Origin: Minisyncoccia bacterium
GTDB taxonomy: Bacteria > Patescibacteriota > Minisyncoccia > Phycocordibacterales > Phycocordibacteraceae
Assembly (NCBI GenBank): GCA_038912545.1
Contig: JBCLFD010000003.1
Coordinates: 1-41,103, forward strand
Reading direction: 5' to 3'
Length of the DNA stretch: 41,103 bases
This document shows positions 1-8,357 of the stretch, piece by piece (the stretch's first letter is position 1; the number at the start of each line of letters is the position of its first letter). The position numbers were made by a program, and so were the translations under genes. The notes below the pieces were generated by a model. It searched no databases. It saw only the letters and a list, made by a program, of their open reading frames with translations, and had not been told where the DNA came from.

Positions 1-82
1 TCCCAGCAGTCTGCGCGAGGATAACAGAGGGGCTGATAAAGAAAACAAGGCTAAAAATAGCGGCAGATATGATTTTTATCAT
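1..82 (-). CDS. N-terminal fragment of an exported protein (gene continues past the window start)
   Basis: Minus-strand ATG at 82-80 reads MIKIISAAIFSLVFFISPSVILAQTAG.., a signal-peptide-like hydrophobic segment. It stays open to position 1 and is below the ORF-track size cut-off. Confidence 0.3.
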   Translation of the reverse strand, partial: MIKIISAAIFSLVFFISPSVILAQTAG

Positions 83-184
83 ATTATGTATATGGTACAG
101 CAAGTCCCCCACCCCCACACCCCCCGCCTAGGCCCCTCTGTGCATAACGTTGTTAGGCCACCGCGTAGCGGCCGTCCTTGTGGA

Positions 185-245
185 AATGGGGACAGCCACC
201 ATTGTTCTTTTAAAAATAATGAAAATAATGATGGCTGTCCCCATT
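185..245. repeat. Hairpin copy A of the 16-nt inverted-repeat family (REP/REPIN-like)
   Basis: L 188-203 GGGGACAGCCACCATT, 23-nt AT-rich spacer, R 227-242 AATGaTGGCTGTCCCC (one mismatch). The flanking AAT/ATT extends the stem. Confidence 0.9.
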
Positions 246-424
246 GTCATCGGTCGAAAGGCCGACGTTGGCGTGGAGTTCAGTGTTTCTACTGAATCCG
301 CGCCAGCATTACCAGAAAAGTGCAAAGTTGGGTGGCCTCATACATCCCCTTGACTGGATGGGAACAAATGGTAAAGTGGATATAGCAACAGGGGTGTTGC
401 CGAGTTTTATAAACGTTATAAAAC

Positions 425-3400
425 ATGAAAATATTTAAAGGGGTCGCGCTTATAGTGGCTGTTACTCTCTTTGTACAGCCGGTTTTTGCTTTGGCTACGA
501 CAGACTTGGGAGGAGTAGCCAAAAGTCCTAGTCGTTCTGCTTATGTGCCAGGCGAGGTTATCGTGAAATTCAAAGAGAGTCGCGTGGACCTCAAAAATGC
601 ATCCGGGATTGCCAAGTCGTCTCAATTTGCAGTGCGCCAGAATCTATTGGTAAAAGAGAATATCCGCCGCGCTAATCTCACTGTTCTCAAAACGAAGGGA
701 GAAGAAACTGTCGAAAGCGCTATCGCACGTCTGAAAAAAGATGCCGACGTTTTGTATGCCGAGCCAAACTATAGACGTTATCCATCAGGTATTACCACAA
801 ACGATACCAGTAGAGGTCTGTTATGGGGCCTAAATAACACCGGACAAACTGTCGGCGGAACATACACGACTAATAATCCTGGTTCAGTGGATAAAGATAT
901 AGATGCGCCAGAGGCTTGGGCGATAAGTGAGGCGACGACTTCTGCTCAAGTTATAGTGGCAGTTATAGATAGCGGCGTTGCTTATAACCATCCAGATTTA
1001 GCCGCGAATATGTGGGATGGAACGAACTGTAAAGATGATACAGGTGCTCTATTGGGAGGTTGTAATCATGGTTATGATTATGAAGATGGTGACAACATAC
1101 CATTACCAACTACAGACTCTCATGGGACCCATGTCGCTGGAACAATAGCTGCGGTAAAAAATAATAGCAAAGGCATTATTGGTGTCGCGCCACAGGCAAA
1201 GATAATGGCCATAAAATTTGGACTTGATATTGTTTCAGAAGTTAAAGCAATTGATTTCGCTATTCAAAATGGTGCCAAAGTAATTAATGCGAGTTTTGGA
1301 GGAGTTGATTTCTCCCAATCAGAATATGACGCAATCAACCGCTTTAAAACTGCCGGAGGAATTTTAGTTGCTTCAGCTGGTAATGGTGGTGATGATCAGA
1401 TTGGTGACAATAACGATGTTACACCACAGTATCCCGCTAATTATAATTTAGATAACATTATAAGCGTTGCCGCTACTGACCAGAATGACAGTTTGGCTAC
1501 TTTTTCAAACTATGGAACAACCTCTGTTGATGTCGGCGCACCTGGAACAAATATTTACAGCACAGTTGCTGATACGAATGCCATATTTAGTGATGGTTCA
1601 GATGAAAAATATGAATATTATTCAGGAACTTCAATGGCGGCACCTCATGTTGCTGGACTCGCGGCTTTAATACAGGGGTACAATCCAAACCTTACAGTCG
1701 CGCAGGTGAAAAATGCGATTCTAAACACCGGTGATACAGTGTCTTCTTTGGCCACTACAACTACAGGCAAAAGAATTAATGCTCAAAAAGCACTTCACGC
1801 TGTCAATCCAGCTAAGGACATTGTGGCTTTCAGTTTCCCAGCAGGTGTCGGTGTTATTACCGGGACTAACATTGCCGTGACCGTTCCTTTCGGCACTGCC
1901 GTGACTGCTCTTGTCCCAACTATCACACTTAGCGGTGGAACAGTCAGTCCTAATACAGGTGTAGCTCAAAACTTCACTGCGCCAGTCACATACACCGTCA
2001 CAGCTGCTGACGCTTCAACCAAAGCTTATACAATAACCGTGAACGTTGCGTTGCCGGTGGCTTCCTCTGTCGTAAGTCAGACACCGATTAATGGTGCACT
2101 GAATGTCGCGACCACATCTGCTATCACCGTCGTATTTGACCGTGCAATAACGGCAAGCTCAACAAACATCAGTTTCTCTCCTTTGATTTCTTTTTCAATA
2201 TCAACCACAACAAACACACTCACCATCACGCCATCCTCCTCTCTCGCTCTAAACACTACTTATACGCTCACGCTTGCCGGCATCAGCGATGGTAGCGGGA
2301 ACGTTCTTTCTTCTACGTCAAAATTCACGACAACGAATACATACTCAATACAGTTGTATAACAATGCAACGAGCGGTTTGAATTTAATTTCGATTCCAGT
2401 GGTCCCGACTAACACGGCCATTGCGAACGTTCTAGGATCGGCATCAAGTGCTATCGACTCTGTATGGTCCTACGATCCGGGTAATCCATCTGCCGATCCT
2501 TCTGGCTGGTTGGTCTACCGTCCGACAGAGCCGACATTATCGAGCCTAACTAGCATGACTTCTGGATATGCATATTGGATCAAAGTGCACACTGCAGCTA
2601 CATTGTCTGGCACTGGGTCGCTCTATACTCCAGGAGCAACGGCACCTCCATCTCGTACACTTCAGTCCGGTTGGAATCTCCTCGGTTACTACCAACTGCC
2701 TGGTGAGGCAAGTTCAACGCCGACAAAGGCACTTACGACACTCTCGAACTACACATCTGTCGTGGGCTACGACAATGCAACCGGAGCGTTTAAGGGAGTT
2801 TCTGATATTCAACCCGGAGAAGGTTTGTGGATTGGGCTACCATCAGCAGGTCAGTCTTACTATCCATCGTATTCCGCCAGTGCAGGAAGCGGTGAAGGCA
2901 CATTCAATCCACCTGAGGTTCCCGGTACTGTCTCAGTGACAAAATCGGCCAGTTCGCCATCTTCAAATGTGGCGGTAGGCGCGACTAATGTGAAGTGGGC
3001 AACCTTTGATCTGGTCGCATCGGGAGAAGATATGAAAATCGAAACCCTTAATATTCGAGCGGTTACTTCTCGTAGTGGCGGTCTCGATAACGGTAAAGTG
3101 TTCCTCAACGGCGTGCAAGTGAGTTCCACTAATGACCTCACCGATGCTACCGATGTGAACTTCACATTCGGTTCGTCTATGATTCTGAAGGATGGCATAA
3201 CCGCAATCGTTGACATCTACGCTGATGCTAAGACGACCACCGGTGCTGCGTTCAGTAACGGTGATAGTGCATACATCAGAATATCGGCGGGGTCCGCGAA
3301 TGGTGAGGGTGTGGCTACTGGCGGCATCATCAATGTTCCTGACGCGGATGTAATCGGAAATACGATTACAATGTCAGCATCCTCTCTGACAGCCGCCAAG

Positions 3401-3913
3401 GCTTCTTCCTATAGCAATCAGACAATGGTCGCAGGAACGTCTAACGCGAAGATGGGCTCCTTCACACTTTCAGTCGGTTCTATAGAAGGAGTGAATGTGA
3501 ACACCATCACCATTACGCTCTCTGGAGATGAGGCAGCGACCATTACAGACCTCATGCTGAAGGACAACGCGACGGGTGCGCAGATAGGCACGACAAAGGC
3601 ATCACCGGGCACGAGCAATTCGTTCTCGGTTAACCTTAATGTCGACGCTTCAGCGACTCAAGTCATTGATGTCTACGCGAACATTAAGTCCGCTGCTAAT
3701 AACGGAATATGGACCGCGACCATTGACGCATCGGCAACCGGTTCGGCAACCGGAAGCGCCGTCGCTGCAAGCGCGGTTGATCTCCAGACCATCACCTTGA
3801 GCACCGCAATACTCACCGCGACGGTCAACACTGGGAAGCCAGGCACTCGCGCTCTCGTCTGGTACACATACACACGCGACGTCGACCTTCACAGTCCCCC
3901 TTACGGTGGGTAA
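425..3913 (+). CDS. Secreted subtilisin-like serine protease (peptidase S8) with a long beta-repeat C-terminal region
   Basis: Signal peptide MKIFKGVALIVAVTLFVQPVFA and I9-like propeptide (VPGEVIVKFKE). Subtilase triad motifs are VAVIDSGV (Asp), HGTHVAGT (His) and GTSMAAPHVAG (Ser). About 700 aa of Thr/Ser/Ala-rich, Ig-like repetitive sequence follows. Confidence 0.9.
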   Translation: MKIFKGVALIVAVTLFVQPVFALATTDLGGVAKSPSRSAYVPGEVIVKFKESRVDLKNASGIAKSSQFAVRQNLLVKENIRRANLTVLKTKGEETVESAIARLKKDADVLYAEPNYRRYPSGITTNDTSRGLLWGLNNTGQTVGGTYTTNNPGSVDKDIDAPEAWAISEATTSAQVIVAVIDSGVAYNHPDLAANMWDGTNCKDDTGALLGGCNHGYDYEDGDNIPLPTTDSHGTHVAGTIAAVKNNSKGIIGVAPQAKIMAIKFGLDIVSEVKAIDFAIQNGAKVINASFGGVDFSQSEYDAINRFKTAGGILVASAGNGGDDQIGDNNDVTPQYPANYNLDNIISVAATDQNDSLATFSNYGTTSVDVGAPGTNIYSTVADTNAIFSDGSDEKYEYYSGTSMAAPHVAGLAALIQGYNPNLTVAQVKNAILNTGDTVSSLATTTTGKRINAQKALHAVNPAKDIVAFSFPAGVGVITGTNIAVTVPFGTAVTALVPTITLSGGTVSPNTGVAQNFTAPVTYTVTAADASTKAYTITVNVALPVASSVVSQTPINGALNVATTSAITVVFDRAITASSTNISFSPLISFSISTTTNTLTITPSSSLALNTTYTLTLAGISDGSGNVLSSTSKFTTTNTYSIQLYNNATSGLNLISIPVVPTNTAIANVLGSASSAIDSVWSYDPGNPSADPSGWLVYRPTEPTLSSLTSMTSGYAYWIKVHTAATLSGTGSLYTPGATAPPSRTLQSGWNLLGYYQLPGEASSTPTKALTTLSNYTSVVGYDNATGAFKGVSDIQPGEGLWIGLPSAGQSYYPSYSASAGSGEGTFNPPEVPGTVSVTKSASSPSSNVAVGATNVKWATFDLVASGEDMKIETLNIRAVTSRSGGLDNGKVFLNGVQVSSTNDLTDATDVNFTFGSSMILKDGITAIVDIYADAKTTTGAAFSNGDSAYIRISAGSANGEGVATGGIINVPDADVIGNTITMSASSLTAAKASSYSNQTMVAGTSNAKMGSFTLSVGSIEGVNVNTITITLSGDEAATITDLMLKDNATGAQIGTTKASPGTSNSFSVNLNVDASATQVIDVYANIKSAANNGIWTATIDASATGSATGSAVAASAVDLQTITLSTAILTATVNTGKPGTRALVWYTYTRDVDLHSPPYGG

Positions 3914-3936
3914 CTTGGTGAGCGGTACCTAAAGTT

Positions 3937-5145
3937 ATGAGTTTATTCAGAGCAACGCTTCGTTGGATGACTATAGGGGTCATCGCGTTTACTGCGATTC
4001 CGGTCTTCGCCGCTCCTGGTATACCCGAGCAGTTCTACGGCACGGTATCGTATGCGTCAGGCGCAACGCCGTCAGGTCTCGTTGTAGCAGCCTATGTGGG
4101 TAGTACGATGGTCGCGTCCTCAACAACGGATGGAAGCGGTAATTACGGTGTAGCACCTAATTTGCTCATGGTGCAGGATATTAACGGAACGCTTTCAGGA
4201 ACCACGATTACCTTCAAGGTTGATGGAGTGGCTGTGTCGCAAACAGCCACATTTGTAAATGCTATCCTCACCAAATTAGATATTGCCGTTGCTGGAACTG
4301 CGCCCGGCACGATGAATGACACAACCAATGAGGTGGCGATAACTTCTCCAACTCGAGCCGTTGTAGTTACTGTTCCAAGCGGTACAACAAACGCCACCGT
4401 TAATTTCGGCGCACTTATCACGGGCGGCACTGGAACAATTCCGCAAACAACTATTAATACCGCGAGTGCTGATATCGCCATCCCGGCATCTACCGTGGTA
4501 ACAAGCGAGGATACTACCTGGAACGGAATAATGAAGGTACCGACAGTTACAACGGTGGTGCTCCCTGTCACATCAGGTCAGACAAAGACATTTAGCTCAG
4601 CAATTGAAGTCGGTTTTTCTGGTGCAAAACTTTCGTTCAATAAAGGTGTCAAGATATTGTTATCTGATCAGGCCGGGAAGAGAGCTGGATATATCCGAAC
4701 AGGAATTGCTTTTACTGAAATAACAGCTGTTTGCGCGGCGAACAATCAATCAACGGGTGATGCTCTTGCCACAGACGCTGAATGTAAAATAGATTCTGGA
4801 TCTGATCTGGTTATCTGGACGAAGCACTTCACAACATTTGCCACCTATACACAGACAGCAACTCCAGCCACGACGAGCTCTGGTGGTTCGTCTGGTGGCT
4901 CTTCAGGCGGGTCCATTGCGGTCATTACACCAGTTACTACGCAAACGATAACTGCACCATCAACGCTCACGGCTCTTCAAAAGAAAATAGATGGGAACAA
5001 TGACGGCAAGGTAGACTTTCTCGACTTCAACTCTCTCATGGTGCACTGGGGAGAGAAAGTGTCGGGAATTACCTACGACTTCAACGGTGATGGGGCTGTG
5101 GATTTCTTTGATTTCAACTTATTAATGGTTAACTGGACTATATGA
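3937..5145 (+). CDS. Secreted protein with a C-terminal dockerin-type repeat pair
   Basis: N-terminal signal peptide (MTIGVIAFTAIPVFA) and a GGSSGGSSGGS linker. The last ~55 aa carry two Ca-binding dockerin-like repeats, DGNNDGKVDFLDFNSLMVHW and DFNGDGAVDFFDFNLLMVNW. Confidence 0.7.
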   Translation: MSLFRATLRWMTIGVIAFTAIPVFAAPGIPEQFYGTVSYASGATPSGLVVAAYVGSTMVASSTTDGSGNYGVAPNLLMVQDINGTLSGTTITFKVDGVAVSQTATFVNAILTKLDIAVAGTAPGTMNDTTNEVAITSPTRAVVVTVPSGTTNATVNFGALITGGTGTIPQTTINTASADIAIPASTVVTSEDTTWNGIMKVPTVTTVVLPVTSGQTKTFSSAIEVGFSGAKLSFNKGVKILLSDQAGKRAGYIRTGIAFTEITAVCAANNQSTGDALATDAECKIDSGSDLVIWTKHFTTFATYTQTATPATTSSGGSSGGSSGGSIAVITPVTTQTITAPSTLTALQKKIDGNNDGKVDFLDFNSLMVHWGEKVSGITYDFNGDGAVDFFDFNLLMVNWTI

Positions 5146-5882
5146 ACACTTACTCACGTGCTCTTGTTGTGCTCGGACTGATTGTACTCGCCGTTCCAAT
5201 CAGTGCACTTGCGGCAAGTATTTCGCTTTCCCCTACGACTGTATCCGTTCAATCTGGAGACACTTTCACTGTTGCGGTAACTGCAGATCCAGCATCCACA
5301 AAAATCTACAGCGTACGTGCGAACATCGCCTTTGATTCTTCGGTCCTACAGGTCTCTAACTTCTCATTTGCGAGCACTTGGATGCCAGTATCACAGCCCG
5401 GCTACGATACTACTGACAATGCTAGCGGAGTCCTCATCAAGACCGGTGGCTATCCAGGAGGCATTACGTCATCGACTCGACTCGGTACGATCTCATTCAA
5501 GGCTATAAAGACAGGAACAGTGACGATTAGCGCGACTGGAAGCTCTTTGCTTCTTGATGCTTCAAGCGCAAACCAGCTTTCTGGTGGGCAAGGTAGTGTC
5601 GCAGTATCGGTAACCGCACCTGCTCCTAAGCCGACTTCCGTATCAATCACTCCAACACCAAAGCCGAAAGCAGTTGCTACAAAGCCAACTCCTACTAAGG
5701 ATAGTGTTTCAACGACCACTGCGACTTCCACAGAGAAGGTGGAGTCGAGCTCCTTGCTGGCGGCCGTGAATGGCGCGATTACTTTCGGCACCGGCAGTCC
5801 TATTGTGTCCGCGCTACTCTCGGCAGTTATCGTTCTTCTGTTAGTGTTCGGCTTCTACTACACTCGAAAGCTTGGCGACTAA
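5142..5882 (+). CDS. Cohesin-like domain protein with Pro/Thr linker and C-terminal membrane anchor
   Basis: Signal peptide, then a cohesin-like pattern (SVQSGDTFTVAVTADP..ANIAFDSSVLQVSNF..LGTISFKAIKTGTVTI). A PT-rich linker (PAPKPTSVSITPTPKPK) and a terminal TM helix IVSALLSAVIVLLLVFGFYY follow. The start overlaps the upstream stop by 4 nt. Confidence 0.55.
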   Translation: MNTYSRALVVLGLIVLAVPISALAASISLSPTTVSVQSGDTFTVAVTADPASTKIYSVRANIAFDSSVLQVSNFSFASTWMPVSQPGYDTTDNASGVLIKTGGYPGGITSSTRLGTISFKAIKTGTVTISATGSSLLLDASSANQLSGGQGSVAVSVTAPAPKPTSVSITPTPKPKAVATKPTPTKDSVSTTTATSTEKVESSSLLAAVNGAITFGTGSPIVSALLSAVIVLLLVFGFYYTRKLGD

Positions 5883-6009
5883 ATAGATCAACTCGGCCAA
5901 GAGGCGTATTCTTGGCATGATTCACCTGCGGGGTCTCTGCACTATTCTTTCTGATATATAGTGCTGCGCGCCCGGTGGTAAATGTGAGCCGTATGTGCAT
6001 GTGGTGGGA

Positions 6010-6070
6010 AATGGGGACAGCCACCATTGTTCTTTTAAAAATAATGAAAATAATGGTGGCTGTCCCCATT
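6010..6070. repeat. Hairpin copy B of the 16-nt inverted-repeat family
   Basis: L 6013-6028 and R 6052-6067 are perfect reverse complements. The 23-nt spacer is identical to copy A. Confidence 0.95.
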
Positions 6071-6160
6071 CCTCGTGAGCAAGGTTCGACCTAGCTCATT
6101 TGAAGGGCTGCGGGAAGCGATAGATAAAAGGCGTAACAATGGAGGTGATATAGTGACGCA

Positions 6161-7090
6161 ATGGAGTATCCTGACAATCAACGAGTGAGAAAGGCATATG
6201 AGTGGCTTGATACGAAGCTGCCGTGGTTGCCGAAGGTCAAGGATTTTGTAATAAGAATCGTAACCTCGGTGGTGAACAGAATCGGCACTCTTCTATTTAT
6301 CGTCTTTGCTGTGGTGCTTGGCAACGCCATTTCTCTCGGATTATCGAGCCCAGATGCGGCATCCACAGTTCCAGACTCGACCGCCGACTATTCGAACTGC
6401 AATGTGCTAGCGATTGATATACGCAACTGCATCGCGACCTATAAGCCGGACCCAGATTCAAAAAATACAAATAATTGCGATGTTATAACGTCTTCAGAGG
6501 AGGTTATGAATGTTATCGAGAGTGCGAAGACCGACGATACGATAAAGGCTGTACTTCTCGCGATAGATTCCACTGGAGGTATGCCCGTGGCTGCAGAAGA
6601 GATTGCTGATGCTATGAAAGGTCTCGGGAAACCTTCGGTCGCATGGGTACGCGGTGGTGCTGTTTCGGCGGCATATTGGATCGCTAGTTCGGCCGACACG
6701 ATTGTTGCAGCTGAAAATTCTGATGTTGGTGGTATAGGCATTACACAATCGTATGTAGACAATGCAAAACAGAATCAGACGGAAGGTCTGACCTATAATC
6801 AGCTCTCCACCGGACTCTACAAGGATACGGGGAGCTCAGACAAGCCGCTCACGACTGCAGAACGATTGTATCTGGAACGAGACTTGAATATCATGCTTGA
6901 TAATTTCATTCGGGCGGTAGCGACGAACCGCAATCTCTCGATAGAAAAAGTGCGAGCCCTCGCCGACGGCTCCTCTATGCTTGGCGCAATGGCACTCAAG
7001 AATGGGCTCATAGATAAACTTGGCACCAAGCAACAGGTCTGGGACGAGCTCGAAAAGCAAATCGGAGAGAAACCGGAGGTGTGCTGGTAG
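6161..7090 (+). CDS. sppA: Signal peptide peptidase SppA (S49, 36K type)
   Basis: N-terminal TM segment and a ClpP/crotonase-like S49 pattern: AVLLAIDSTGGMPVAAEEI..VAWVRGGAVSAAYWIASSADTIVAAENSDVGGIGI. GGAGGTGAT Shine-Dalgarno upstream. Confidence 0.75.
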   Translation: MEYPDNQRVRKAYEWLDTKLPWLPKVKDFVIRIVTSVVNRIGTLLFIVFAVVLGNAISLGLSSPDAASTVPDSTADYSNCNVLAIDIRNCIATYKPDPDSKNTNNCDVITSSEEVMNVIESAKTDDTIKAVLLAIDSTGGMPVAAEEIADAMKGLGKPSVAWVRGGAVSAAYWIASSADTIVAAENSDVGGIGITQSYVDNAKQNQTEGLTYNQLSTGLYKDTGSSDKPLTTAERLYLERDLNIMLDNFIRAVATNRNLSIEKVRALADGSSMLGAMALKNGLIDKLGTKQQVWDELEKQIGEKPEVCW

Positions 7091-7154
7091 ACATCGTCAT
7101 CTGGGTGGATTATCGTGAAAGATGGCGTATTTATCTACTTATTCACGATTATGA

Positions 7155-7183
7155 TTGACATATTAGTGAAAGAAGTATATACT
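7155..7183 (+). promoter_or_regulatory. Sigma70-type promoter of fic, predicting a leaderless mRNA
   Basis: TTGACA (7155-7160), a 17-nt spacer, TATACT (7178-7183), then 7 nt to the ATG at 7191. No Shine-Dalgarno. Confidence 0.55.
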
Positions 7184-7190
7184 TGAGCTA

Positions 7191-8066
7191 ATGGCACGAA
7201 CCCCTCATACGTTGAGCCAAATAGCATCGCTTCGAGAGCGATATTATAAGGAGCTCCCGGGGAAGGAGTCGTTGATCAAAATTATCAACGAGGCGGAGAT
7301 TTCTGAACACGTCTACAACTCAAACGCAATCGAGAACAGCACACTCACGCTCGAAGAGACCGAGAAAATTCTCCTCCAGATAGATTTAGACCGCTTCGTC
7401 AGCGAGCGCGAGTTCTTTGAGGCGAAGAATCTTGCGCGTGTGACCGAATATGTAGAATCAAAAGCAAAAGAGTCGGAGATATCGCTGCCCGTTATGCTTC
7501 TGCTCCACAAGATGCTCATTACGAATATTCGCGACGACATCGCGGGACGCTTCCGTACGGGGGATGAATGGGTACGCGTCGGGGCTCATATAGGAGCAGA
7601 TCCAAAAGATATCGAGCGACTGCTTACCGAGATGCTCGCTGCTTATCACGGCAGCAAGGACGGGCGCATCGTTGCACGTATCGCGCGGTTGCATCTTGCG
7701 TTTGAGACCATACACCCCTTTCTTGATGGCAACGGGCGCATTGGGCGCGCGCTTAATAACTACGAACTCATTCGCGATGGATATGTGCCGATTAATATCG
7801 CTTTCGCAGACCGCGCACGGTATTACGATGCTTTCAGAGAGTTCGAGAAAAATGGAAAGACAAATGTGATGGAAGAAATCATCGGGAGGGCGCTCGCAAA
7901 TAGCTATCATAAACGTCTTGCGTATCTAGAGGGGAAGACCATAATTTTACTCAAGGACTACGCGAAACAGCACAAACTCTCCCACTCAAACTTGCTCAAT
8001 AAGGCTGGTCGACAGACCATACCCGCCTTCTTGGAGAAAGGTGTGTGGAAGATTGCTGACAACTAA
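7191..8066 (+). CDS. Fic-domain protein (AMPylase family), class II with N-terminal inhibitory motif
   Basis: Fic motif HPFLDGNGRIGR matches HxFx(D/E)GNGRxxR. SNAIEN near the N-terminus matches the inhibitory (S/T)xxxE(G/N) helix. Confidence 0.9.
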   Translation: MARTPHTLSQIASLRERYYKELPGKESLIKIINEAEISEHVYNSNAIENSTLTLEETEKILLQIDLDRFVSEREFFEAKNLARVTEYVESKAKESEISLPVMLLLHKMLITNIRDDIAGRFRTGDEWVRVGAHIGADPKDIERLLTEMLAAYHGSKDGRIVARIARLHLAFETIHPFLDGNGRIGRALNNYELIRDGYVPINIAFADRARYYDAFREFEKNGKTNVMEEIIGRALANSYHKRLAYLEGKTIILLKDYAKQHKLSHSNLLNKAGRQTIPAFLEKGVWKIADN

Positions 8067-8067
8067 A

Positions 8068-8089
8068 AAACCTAGCCGACGCTAGGTTT
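8068..8089 (+). terminator. Hairpin downstream of fic
   Basis: AAACCTAGC-CGAC-GCTAGGTTT stem-loop starts 2 nt after the fic stop. A/T arms are present but there is no long T run. Confidence 0.45.
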
Positions 8090-8116
8090 GGGGAAAGTGG
8101 CAGGGCGATGTTAGGC

Positions 8117-8140
8117 AATACCTCAACGCGTTGAGGTATT
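8117..8140. repeat. Perfect 24-nt palindrome
   Basis: AATACCTCAACGCGTTGAGGTATT is its own reverse complement. Confidence 0.9.
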
Positions 8141-8181
8141 CATGATTTTGTGGGAAAGAGAAGGGGGTCACCCCTTCCTTA

Positions 8182-8216
8182 GGGGGCGGGGTGGATTTTA
8201 TAAAAAGGGTCCCATC
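8182..8216 (+). repeat. 35-nt G-box/AT-palindrome box, copy 1
   Basis: GGGGGCGGGGTGGATTTTATAAAAAGGGTCCCATC is 33/35 identical to 12935-12969, in the same orientation. Confidence 0.9.
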
Positions 8217-8241
8217 TGCGCTATACTGGAGGAATCACCAC

Positions 8242-8266
8242 AAATGTAGGGAATCCGGTGACGGAA
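8242..8266 (+). repeat. AATGTAGGG..GGTGA block, copy 1
   Basis: AAATGTAGGGAATCCGGTGACGGAA. Related blocks lie at 17639-17672 and 20137-20166. Confidence 0.6.
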
Positions 8267-8311
8267 TATTATAATGACAAAATTCATAACAAACAGCGGG
8301 GAAACTGAAAC

Positions 8312-8327
8312 AATGGTGGCTGTCCCC
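8312..8327. repeat. Singlet R half-site of the 16-nt family (copy C)
   Basis: AATGGTGGCTGTCCCC is 16/16 and lies 31 nt upstream of the helicase ATG. Confidence 0.9.
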
Positions 8328-8357
8328 TTTATCGTAAATAATTGATAAAAAAATATA

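Noticed and set aside
110-133. C-rich tract CCCCCACCCCCACACCCCCCGCC as an inverted third copy of the 35-nt G-box
   Set aside because: Only the G/C run is shared. The adjacent TTTTATAAAAAGGGTCCC part is missing, so homology cannot be supported by eye.
86-438. ORF-track entries 86..295, 128..325, 150..353 and 244..438 over the first hairpin repeat. Related entries are 5827..6069, 8198..8542, 12280..12552, 12968..13150 and 17445..17630.
   Set aside because: They run through the 16-nt repeat and its AT-rich spacer. Their shared peptides (GDSHHCSFKNNENN, MGTATIVLLKIMKIM) simply reflect the repeated nucleotide sequence on either strand. They have no start context, no motifs, and overlap better-supported features.
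8147-8176. Possible degenerate L half-site (TGTGGGAAAGAGAAGGGGGTCACCCC) that would make 8147-8327 a hairpin with an expanded loop
   Set aside because: Only the TGTGGGAAA flank and a G run match. The core AGCCACCATT is not recoverable without arbitrary gaps.
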